Source of the DNA: Bacteroidales bacterium
GTDB lineage: Bacteria > Bacteroidota > Bacteroidia > Bacteroidales > F082
Assembly: GCA_045612025.1 (NCBI GenBank)
Contig: JAZKYG010000020.1
Location: forward strand, 1-60,399
Direction: 5' to 3'
Length of the DNA stretch: 60,399 bases
The stretch's first letter is position 1. Every line of letters starts with the position of its first letter. The position numbers and the translations under genes were made by a program. A model generated the notes under the pieces. The model worked only from the letters and a program-made list of their open reading frames with translations, was not told where the DNA came from and did no database searches. This document shows positions 9,887-16,912 of the stretch, piece by piece.

Positions 9887-10008
9887 ATTCTAAAGTTTAA
9901 AGTGTAGTGTTTAAAGTTTAAAGTAGTTTAAAGTGTATAAGTTTAGAGTCGAGAGTGTAGATTTTTAAATCCAACAACTCTACACTCTAAACCTTCCACT
10001 ATAAACTC
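9887..10008. repeat. Repeat-laden 122-nt spacer inside the atp operon (AGTTTAA-type heptamers plus a hairpin)
   Basis: TAAAGTTTAAAGTGTAGTGTTTAAAGTTTAAAGTAGTTTAAAGTG... is followed by a hairpin in which AGAGTGTAG pairs with CTACACTCT. Confidence 0.85.
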
Positions 10009-10275
10009 TTAAAGAGCTATCAGCAAGCAGACAACTAATGCGAAGAATGAAACACCTTCAACCAAAGCTGCAGAGATGATCATGCTTGTCTGTGCGTTAC
10101 CTGCTATCTCAGGCTGACGAGCTGTGGCTTCCAAAGCAGAACTACCGATTCTGCTGATACCTAAAGCTGCACCAATTGTAACGATACTTGCTGCTAAAGC
10201 TGCACCTAACTGTGCTAATGGAGCCAAGTCAACAACTGCCTGAACTACTTCTTGTAATAAAACCAATAATGTCAT
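10009..10275 (-). CDS. atpE: F-type ATP synthase subunit c
   Basis: A two-helix proteolipid with GAALGISRIGSSALEATARQPE and the conserved acidic residue in SAALVEGVSFFALVV. Confidence 0.9.
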   Translation of the reverse strand: MTLLVLLQEVVQAVVDLAPLAQLGAALAASIVTIGAALGISRIGSSALEATARQPEIAGNAQTSMIISAALVEGVSFFALVVCLLIAL

Positions 10276-10308
10276 AACTTATAATTTTATAAAGTTTATA
10301 TTTCTTAT

Positions 10309-10340
10309 GTCAACGGACTACAGACCACAGTCAACAGTCC
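10309..10340. repeat. Intergenic copy of the TCAACRG/ACAACAG heptamer family
   Basis: GTCAACGGACTACAGACCACAGTCAACAGTCC, located between atpE and atpB. Confidence 0.8.
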
Positions 10341-10343
10341 TAA

Positions 10344-11459
10344 TTAACCATGTTTCGCTGCCATTCCAAAATATATTGAAGACAACAGAGTAAACACGTA
10401 TGCCTGTATGAATGCCACCAGCACCTCAAGGCAGTCGGCAAAGACCGCGAGCAACAATGACAGCACCGACATTCCCGCACCTGCCATAGCGCTCATCTCT
10501 CCCAAGATAAATATCATACAGATGAAACCTAGCACCACGATATGACCAGCTGTGATATTAGCAAAGAGACGTACCGCCAAGACGAACGGCTTGATAAAAC
10601 AACCGACGACTTCAATGATAGGCATCAATGGCAAAGGGAACTTCAACCACCAAGGCACGCCAGGTGTGTTGAATATATCTTCATAATAATGTTTCGAACC
10701 AGTGAAATTAGTAATGAGGAAGGTAAACAAGGCAAGCACTGCTGTCACCGCTATGTTTCCTGTGATGTTTGTTCCAAAAGGGAAGAACGGTATCAATCCC
10801 AAGAGGTTATTAAAAAATATAAAGAAAAATACAGTTAACAGATAAGGGAAATATCGTTCATAATGTTCGCCGATATTAGGTTTGGCGATGTCATCGCGCA
10901 CATAGAGTATGATTGGTTCCACGAGAGCCTGTATTCCTTTCGGGGCCTTCTCGCCTCTCTCACGATAGCCTTTAGCGACAAGAAGGAAAATCACGACAAG
11001 AAGAGTGCATGAGATAAACAATCCGCATACGGTCTTAGTTATAGAGATATCCAATGGCTTTATATGCGTTCCATCATCCATCACTCTCACCACCTTGCCT
11101 TTATGGCTTCCTTCTTCAGGGATTTCAAAGACGACATCATCGCCGTGCTTGTCTTTGGTATGATACTGATGTTCATGATGTAAATGCTTAGATGAAAAAG
11201 TATAAAACTCGCCTTCGCTATAAACTATTATCGGCAGATAGACACTGATATGCTTTCCTTTCCAAGTACATATATGCCAGTCATAAGAATCCAAAATATG
11301 GTCGAAGATAAGTTCTCCAGCATCAAATTTCTCTTCTGCCTCATATTCACTATCGTTTGCAAAAACCCTAACAGGTGTTAAGATTGTAAAACTTATTACG
11401 AACAAACAAGTTATAAGATTGAATATATATTTTCTAACAAACGATACGTTGTTTTTCAT
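10344..11459 (-). CDS. atpB: F-type ATP synthase subunit a, with an N-terminal extension
   Basis: C-terminal LAVRLFANITAGH with the essential Arg. I chose ATG 11459 (MKNNVSFVRKY...), a signal/anchor-like start, over the longer ORF-track start at 11513. Confidence 0.9.
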   Translation of the reverse strand: MKNNVSFVRKYIFNLITCLFVISFTILTPVRVFANDSEYEAEEKFDAGELIFDHILDSYDWHICTWKGKHISVYLPIIVYSEGEFYTFSSKHLHHEHQYHTKDKHGDDVVFEIPEEGSHKGKVVRVMDDGTHIKPLDISITKTVCGLFISCTLLVVIFLLVAKGYRERGEKAPKGIQALVEPIILYVRDDIAKPNIGEHYERYFPYLLTVFFFIFFNNLLGLIPFFPFGTNITGNIAVTAVLALFTFLITNFTGSKHYYEDIFNTPGVPWWLKFPLPLMPIIEVVGCFIKPFVLAVRLFANITAGHIVVLGFICMIFILGEMSAMAGAGMSVLSLLLAVFADCLEVLVAFIQAYVFTLLSSIYFGMAAKHG

Positions 11460-11561
11460 TATATCTTTTACCAAATTAATTAAATGCAATTCTACAAAAA
11501 AAAACGATATCATTAAGTTTTTTTTATTTCATTTTTCAAAAAAAGATATGCTTTTCTTTGT

Positions 11562-11569
11562 TACTTTTG
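11562..11569 (+). promoter_or_regulatory. Bacteroidota -7 box TACTTTTG upstream of rnhA
   Basis: It matches TAnnTTTG and ends only 4 nt before ATG 11574, which implies a leaderless or near-leaderless mRNA. Confidence 0.45.
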
Positions 11570-11573
11570 CATT

Positions 11574-12218
11574 ATGGCAAAGAACAAATATTATGTGGTC
11601 TGGAACGGCAGACAGATAGGGATTTACAGCAATTGGGACTCTTGCAGAATGCAGATCGAGGGTTTCAAAGGCGCGCAATATAAATCATTCCCGGACAGGG
11701 CAAGTGCAGAGCAGGCCTTCAAAGACGGTTACGCCGCTTCATGTCAGCAGTCAACAGACAACGGACAGCAGACAACGGCTAAGTCTTATGAAAGTCTTCC
11801 AGAAAATCAGAGACCTATAGGTCAAAGCATCGCCGTCGATGCTGCTTGTTCCGGCAATCCAGGCAAGATGGAGTTTCAAGGTGTTTTTGTAGAGACAAGC
11901 ACTCACCTCTTCAAGAGTCCTGTCTACGAACAAGGCACCAACAATATCGGAGAGTTCCTCGCCATAGTTTATTGCCTGGCATGGCAGAAGAAAAACAAGC
12001 TCAACTATCCCATCTACTCCGACTCCGTCAATGCGCAGAAATGGGTAAGAGAAGGTGCGTGCAAGACAAAGATTACAGAAAACGAACACAACAAAGCTCT
12101 CTTTGAAGTCATACGATGGGCAGAGAAATGGCTGCATACAAACAGCTTCAGAGTTCCTATCTACAAATGGAGGACAGAGATTTGGGGAGAAATACCTGCT
12201 GACTTCGGAAGAAAATAA
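11574..12218 (+). CDS. rnhA: Ribonuclease H1-type enzyme with an N-terminal hybrid-binding (viroplasmin-like) domain
   Basis: N-terminal KYYVVWNGRQIGIYSNWDSCRMQIEGFKGAQYKSF. The RNase H core has AVDAACSGNPG, GTNNIGEFLAI and IYSDSVNA. Confidence 0.9.
   Translation: MAKNKYYVVWNGRQIGIYSNWDSCRMQIEGFKGAQYKSFPDRASAEQAFKDGYAASCQQSTDNGQQTTAKSYESLPENQRPIGQSIAVDAACSGNPGKMEFQGVFVETSTHLFKSPVYEQGTNNIGEFLAIVYCLAWQKKNKLNYPIYSDSVNAQKWVREGACKTKITENEHNKALFEVIRWAEKWLHTNSFRVPIYKWRTEIWGEIPADFGRK
11745..11780 (+). repeat. Heptamer-family repeat in frame in the rnhA inter-domain linker
   Basis: CAGCAGTCAACAGACAACGGACAGCAGACAACGGCT encodes QQSTDNGQQTTA. Confidence 0.85.
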
Positions 12219-12226
12219 TATATTTG
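12219..12226 (+). promoter_or_regulatory. -7 box TATATTTG
   Basis: It matches TAnnTTTG and lies 15 nt upstream of ATG 12242. Confidence 0.45.
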
Positions 12227-12241
12227 CAAAAAATAACACCC

Positions 12242-13000
12242 ATGATAAAATTCGACACTTTTTATATACAATGTCCTAGATGCAAAAGCTGGATGGAAGG
12301 TCATCTCCTCATCTCATCGATGGTCAACCAGTCGATTTTATATTCTGACGGAAAGATTCTGAACGACGGATATATGACTGAAAACCAGAAGATGATAGTA
12401 TGCCCAGCCTGCAGTCACTGGTCATGGGTAGAGAAATACGAAGAACCATATATCATCAAGAAGAAACCTAAGGACACCTCCTACACATGGAACAGCTGGC
12501 GTTTCTACGGCGCACATTCCACGAGCAACAAAGGCAAGATGGCTCTAGTGAACCATTACAGAAGTTTTTTGAACAACGGCAATTATAATATCGACCAAGA
12601 GATTTACTTCCGTCGTCTTATGTGGTGGGCCTTCAATGACTTCGTAAGAAACAGACACCAGATTAACATTGAAACGTTCACATCTAAAGAGATGAGTTTC
12701 AAGGTATGGTACAGAAACAGAAAGAAAATCCTGGAAGGCATTGAGTTATTCCAAAAATGCCGTGAGCATTTCAACGAAAACCTCAGAGCTTTAATAGAAT
12801 TATACAAGCTACGCTACACTCCTGATGACGAGGAATATGAATCAGTGAATCTGGAAATAATAGAGATATATCGTCAGCTCGGCGATTTCGAAAACGCGCA
12901 GATTCTGCTCGACCAGAACACCCGACGCACACACTTCATCTCGACCATCGAGAAAAAAGTAGAAGAAAGAGACGATCTGGTGTTTGTGGTTTCAGGGTGA
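12242..13000 (+). CDS. Hypothetical protein with a CxxC...CxxC zinc-ribbon-like N-terminus
   Basis: CPRCKSW and CPACSHW pairs are followed by a helical C-terminal half. The ORF-track start 12224 is a TTG that overlaps the -7 box, so I prefer ATG 12242. Confidence 0.6.
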   Translation: MIKFDTFYIQCPRCKSWMEGHLLISSMVNQSILYSDGKILNDGYMTENQKMIVCPACSHWSWVEKYEEPYIIKKKPKDTSYTWNSWRFYGAHSTSNKGKMALVNHYRSFLNNGNYNIDQEIYFRRLMWWAFNDFVRNRHQINIETFTSKEMSFKVWYRNRKKILEGIELFQKCREHFNENLRALIELYKLRYTPDDEEYESVNLEIIEIYRQLGDFENAQILLDQNTRRTHFISTIEKKVEERDDLVFVVSG

Positions 13001-13081
13001 GGTTGAGCTGTTGAGTTACTAAGTTACTGAGTTGCTAAGTTGGTGAGATAGGTCATAGAAACTTAGTAACTCAGCAACTTA
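13001..13081. repeat. 8-nt period array (GTTACTAA/GTTACTGA/GTTGCTAA) with an inverted copy
   Basis: Hairpin arms 13020..13041 and 13060..13081 match at about 20 of 22 positions. The right arm overlaps the tcdA stop codon. Confidence 0.85.
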
Positions 13082-13792
13082 GTGTCTTAATATAGAATTT
13101 ATCACATGTGATGCACAGAAGCATCCGAATATTGCTGGCATATATGATATTGTGCCGACAGTCGCAATCTTGTTTTCTGTGGCTTCTTCTATCGATACTG
13201 CACTTTCCGCGACTTTCTCAGGCGAGAATACTACAGTGATGCCTTCGCGTATTCCAAGTCGGTGCAATCGTTTTCTTATATAAAATGCCAGACGACAGTT
13301 ATGTGATTTTGAGATGTCGTCAATCTCTATCTTTGTAGGGTCGAACTTACCGCCCGCGCCCATGCAGCTGATGATGTTCTGTTTGTTTTGGACTGCATAA
13401 TATAAAAGGAACACCTTAGGCGCCAGTGTGTCGATAGCATCGACGACGAAGTCGAATTTCTGCTCCATCAAGTCGATGATTGGCTGATCTTTAAGATATT
13501 GGTTTATGGCAACGACTTCGACGTCAGGGTTGATGTCGCGTATACGTTCTGCCATCACCTCTACTTTAGGACGACCGAGTGTGCTGTCAAGAGCCAGCAG
13601 CTGTCTGTTTTTGTTAGTCACATTAACTATGTCGCAGTCGACGATGGTGAGTTTTCCTATTCCAGCACGCGCAAGCTGTTCAGCAGCATACGCGCCAACG
13701 CCACCAAGTCCCACGACGAGGACATGGCTATTCGCTAACTTCTTAACGCCTTCTTCTCCAACTAACAACTGTGTTCTTGAATTCCAATTCAT
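13079..13792 (-). CDS. tcdA: tRNA threonylcarbamoyladenosine dehydratase (ThiF/E1-like family)
   Basis: Rossmann motif VLVVGLGGVGAYAAEQLARAGIGKLTIVDCD. Confidence 0.85.
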   Translation of the reverse strand: MNWNSRTQLLVGEEGVKKLANSHVLVVGLGGVGAYAAEQLARAGIGKLTIVDCDIVNVTNKNRQLLALDSTLGRPKVEVMAERIRDINPDVEVVAINQYLKDQPIIDLMEQKFDFVVDAIDTLAPKVFLLYYAVQNKQNIISCMGAGGKFDPTKIEIDDISKSHNCRLAFYIRKRLHRLGIREGITVVFSPEKVAESAVSIEEATENKIATVGTISYMPAIFGCFCASHVINSILRH

Positions 13793-14472
13793 ATCTGTCC
13801 AAAAATTTTTACAAAGTTATTAAAAATATCGTTGCGCAGTTTATCCATTTCGATGCCGGATAAAAGGGCTGCTTTCTCATAGACGTCGGTAATCTTTCTC
13901 TCCGCGACATCGGTCTCAAGGAACAGTTTATCTGTCGGGATGAGTTTCAGCAGCTGTTTCGCTCTAGCCTCATTCTTAAACAAGATATCGCCTAAGGAAA
14001 GGCAGATATCATATTTCAGCAGCTGCCCTGCCGACTGCTCATTGCCTTGGAAACCATGGATTATCCAGGCCTGCTTCGCCTTTGTTTCCTTCCTTATAGA
14101 GATGATATCAGGATACGTTCTCACCGCATGAATTATCAGAGGTTTCGCAGTTTGTTCTGACAACTCTATCTGTTTTATGAAAACCTCCTTCTGGATTTCA
14201 AAGTCAACGCCACAAACCCTGTCAAGTCCGCATTCACCTATAGCGAGAAAATTCAAATCACCAAGACACCGAGACACCAAATCTCCAAGTTCCTCAATTC
14301 CTGAGTTCCTCAATTCCTCAGATCCGACTTTCCACGGATGTACTCCAATGCTATAAAAATGAGAAACATCGACATTGACGATATTGTCAACATCGATGTT
14401 TTGTATCTCAACAAACTCATTATTATCAATATGATTGTTAAAATGAGTATGAATATTTACGAAAGGACTCAT
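13789..14472 (-). CDS. TatD-family metal-dependent hydrolase
   Basis: NIHTH at the N-terminus, AIGECGLD, IIHAVR and ETD. It overlaps tcdA by 4 nt. Confidence 0.85.
   Translation of the reverse strand: MSPFVNIHTHFNNHIDNNEFVEIQNIDVDNIVNVDVSHFYSIGVHPWKVGSEELRNSGIEELGDLVSRCLGDLNFLAIGECGLDRVCGVDFEIQKEVFIKQIELSEQTAKPLIIHAVRTYPDIISIRKETKAKQAWIIHGFQGNEQSAGQLLKYDICLSLGDILFKNEARAKQLLKLIPTDKLFLETDVAERKITDVYEKAALLSGIEMDKLRNDIFNNFVKIFGQI
14285..14322 (-). repeat. GAGGAAYT-type short tandem repeat inside the TatD-family CDS
   Basis: The coding strand GAGGAATTGAGGAACTCAGGAATTGAGGAACTTGG encodes EELRNSGIEELG. It resembles the GGAGTTAGGAATTAGG array at 48889..48918. Confidence 0.7.
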
Positions 14473-14483
14473 TCCTGATCAAG

Positions 14484-15182
14484 TTAGAAATCGATATTAT
14501 GCTGAGCGACTATCTCTTTAGTATCGATATTATAAGCCAGCAAGTTACCGAATCCGTCTTTGTTTTTGTAATATATGCCATTGTCGAGTGACAAGAAGTC
14601 GTAGTCATTATTTTTGAACAGATCTATCATTGACATCTCGACAGGGACGTGACCATGTATCACTTTCTTTCCGCCAGTCTTATTTTTGTCGACTTTAAAA
14701 TCTCTGGACCACATCATGCTGAAGACATCCTCAAAAGGATTATCTATTTTGAAGTTAAGTCCAGCGTGGACGAGTATGCAGTCATCAAGTTCAATAAAGT
14801 ATTTGGTGCTTTTCATCCAGTCGATATAGAACTTGTTTATCTCGCGAGGACGTTTAGCGCCGAAGCTCAACAATGTTCTAGTAGCGCCGTTTTTTCTCCA
14901 GTCCTTTTCTATTTTGCTGCGGAACAAAAACCTTTTCTGGTCAGCCTCCCAGGCCCTTATACAATAATCCTCATGGTTGCCTCTAATGCAATGAACGTCA
15001 TAACCTGCTTCTTGCAGACTTATGATAAAATCGATGACTCCTTTGCTGTCATTTCCGCGATCGATATAATCACCGAGGAAATATACCGAGTCTTCTTTTG
15101 ACAGATTTATAACATTCTCTATCAAAGACTTCAAGGTATTAAAATGACCATGAATATCAGGTATGACCCAGCGGTTTTTCAT
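14484..15182 (-). CDS. Metallophosphoesterase (PrpE/ApaH-like Ser/Thr phosphatase family)
   Basis: DIHGH, GDYIDRG and GNHE motifs in the canonical order. Confidence 0.85.
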   Translation of the reverse strand: MKNRWVIPDIHGHFNTLKSLIENVINLSKEDSVYFLGDYIDRGNDSKGVIDFIISLQEAGYDVHCIRGNHEDYCIRAWEADQKRFLFRSKIEKDWRKNGATRTLLSFGAKRPREINKFYIDWMKSTKYFIELDDCILVHAGLNFKIDNPFEDVFSMMWSRDFKVDKNKTGGKKVIHGHVPVEMSMIDLFKNNDYDFLSLDNGIYYKNKDGFGNLLAYNIDTKEIVAQHNIDF

Positions 15183-15929
15183 TTATTTAGCTTTACCTTG
15201 GTTAGCTACGCTTTCCATTTTACGTTTGATTTCTTCTTGGTCGCCGAGGAAGAAATGATTTTGTAAATTCATATTGTCATCGAATTCGAATACGTAAGGA
15301 ACAGCTGTTGGGATATTGAACTTGATGATTTCTTCGTTTGTCATGCCGCGAAGTTCCTTAACGATACCTCTCAATGAGTTGCCGTGAGCAACAACCATAA
15401 CTTGATCGTGATTTTCGAAAGCCTTGAGGATAACGTCGTTATAGTAAGGCATAAGACGTTCGATAGTATCTTTCAATGACTCTGTCAAAGGAATTTGTTC
15501 GTCTGTAAGTTCAGCGTAACGAGCATCCATTCTTGGGCTCTTTGGATCGTTCATTTCCAATGCAGGTGGTTGAACGTCAAAAGAACGACGCCATACTAAA
15601 ACTTGCTCATCGCCATATTTAGCAGCTGTGTCAGCTTTGTTCAAACCTTGGATTGCGCCGTAGCTCTTTTCATTCAATCTCCAGCTCTTTTGAACAGGAA
15701 GCCAGTCCATATCCATAGCATCGAGAACATTATTTAAAGTCTTGACAGCTCTTTTAAGATATGAGGTGAAACACAATTCTGGTTTATAGTTTTCTTGTTT
15801 CAAAAGTTTACCAGCTTCAAAAGCTTCTTCCAAGCCTTTAGGGCTTAAATCAACGTCTGTCCAACCTGTGAAGAGGTTCAATTTATTCCATTCACTTTCT
15901 CCGTGACGAATTAAAATAAGTTTTTTCAT
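15183..15929 (-). CDS. gpmA: 2,3-bisphosphoglycerate-dependent phosphoglycerate mutase
   Basis: LIRHGESEWN, the FTGWTDVDLS motif and HGNSLR. Confidence 0.95.
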   Translation of the reverse strand: MKKLILIRHGESEWNKLNLFTGWTDVDLSPKGLEEAFEAGKLLKQENYKPELCFTSYLKRAVKTLNNVLDAMDMDWLPVQKSWRLNEKSYGAIQGLNKADTAAKYGDEQVLVWRRSFDVQPPALEMNDPKSPRMDARYAELTDEQIPLTESLKDTIERLMPYYNDVILKAFENHDQVMVVAHGNSLRGIVKELRGMTNEEIIKFNIPTAVPYVFEFDDNMNLQNHFFLGDQEEIKRKMESVANQGKAK

Positions 15930-16052
15930 CTTAGTATTTATTTATGATTTTAAATTTTTCGCATTGCAAAAATAATGCTTTTTATTCTTATTACCTAGTG
16001 ATTTTTTGTTAACAATTATTCACATATCTTAATTTTTTTTAACAATTCTTTT

Positions 16053-16060
16053 TAACTTTG
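16053..16060 (+). promoter_or_regulatory. -7 box TAACTTTG
   Basis: It matches TAnnTTTG and lies 12 nt upstream of ATG 16073. Confidence 0.45.
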
Positions 16061-16072
16061 TAAAAAAAAGTC

Positions 16073-16852
16073 ATGAAGAGAATATCCTTAATTTTATCCT
16101 ACCTTTCAATAGGTCTTTTATTGTGTCTATCATCATGTTTGGCTCAGAATATCAATTTAGAAAACATTGAAATTCCAACCATCACTGAAGAAAGAAGCGA
16201 CAGAGTCATAACTCATAAAGGATATACTGTTTCATATAATTACGACTGGAAAATACCTAATTGGGTCGCTTATGAACTCACCCGTCATGAAGTCCAAGGC
16301 GAGGTGCCTCGTTACGACAAATTCAAGCCAGACCCAATGGTGCCTCAAGGTGAGACTGCAACAACTGACGACTATAAATATTCAGGCTACGACAGAGGCC
16401 ACATGGCGCCGGCAGCCGACATGAAATGGGACGAACAAGTGATGAGAGAGTCGTTCTATCTTTCAAACATCTGTCCTCAAAATCCTAATCTCAACGGCGG
16501 CGTATGGAAAGCGCTGGAGGAACAAGTCCGCGACTTGGCATTGCAGAAAGGAAAGATTTTCGTAGTATGCGGACCTATAGTCAACGACACATCAACAACC
16601 ATAGGAGAAAATAAAGTCGTTGTTCCTCAAGCCTTTTATAAAGTATTATTACAAGAAGACAACGGAGTGTTTCATACTATAGGATTCGTTTACGAAAACA
16701 AAAGCGGCAAGAGACCAATGTCAACATACGCAATGACAGTCGATGAGGTAGAAGAATTAACCAAGATTGACTTCTTCCCTTCTCTGCCAGACCAGGTCGA
16801 AAATACAGTCGAGTCGGAAGTGGATTTTTCCCAATGGACTATCTCATACTGA
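16073..16852 (+). CDS. Secreted DNA/RNA non-specific endonuclease (NucA/EndoG family)
   Basis: A signal peptide, the DRGHMAP active-site motif and SNICPQ. Confidence 0.9.
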   Translation: MKRISLILSYLSIGLLLCLSSCLAQNINLENIEIPTITEERSDRVITHKGYTVSYNYDWKIPNWVAYELTRHEVQGEVPRYDKFKPDPMVPQGETATTDDYKYSGYDRGHMAPAADMKWDEQVMRESFYLSNICPQNPNLNGGVWKALEEQVRDLALQKGKIFVVCGPIVNDTSTTIGENKVVVPQAFYKVLLQEDNGVFHTIGFVYENKSGKRPMSTYAMTVDEVEELTKIDFFPSLPDQVENTVESEVDFSQWTISY

Positions 16853-16912
16853 AATATAGGCATCCAATAAAATAAAACGAGTTTATATCAGTTATACATT
16901 AAAATTAAAACT

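Noticed and set aside
10344-11513. The ORF-track N-terminal extensions of atpB (to 11513), rluB (to 21455), ssb (to 26005), the PPTase (to 26761), hipB-like (to 45588), the Ig-like lipoprotein (to 43237), the beta-helix T9SS protein (to 59181) and the beta-helix repeat gene (to 50493).
   Set aside because: In each case an internal ATG gives a canonical N-terminus (signal peptide, lipobox or family start). Most of these ATGs also lie downstream of a TAnnTTTG box or ribosome-binding site. The longer versions would start upstream of, or within, the promoter element.
16073-16852. The secreted NucA-type endonuclease could be part of a toxin/immunity or restriction-like system.
   Set aside because: It has its own signal peptide and promoter box, and no adjacent small immunity-like ORF. 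Its neighbours are gpmA and the PorZ-like gene.
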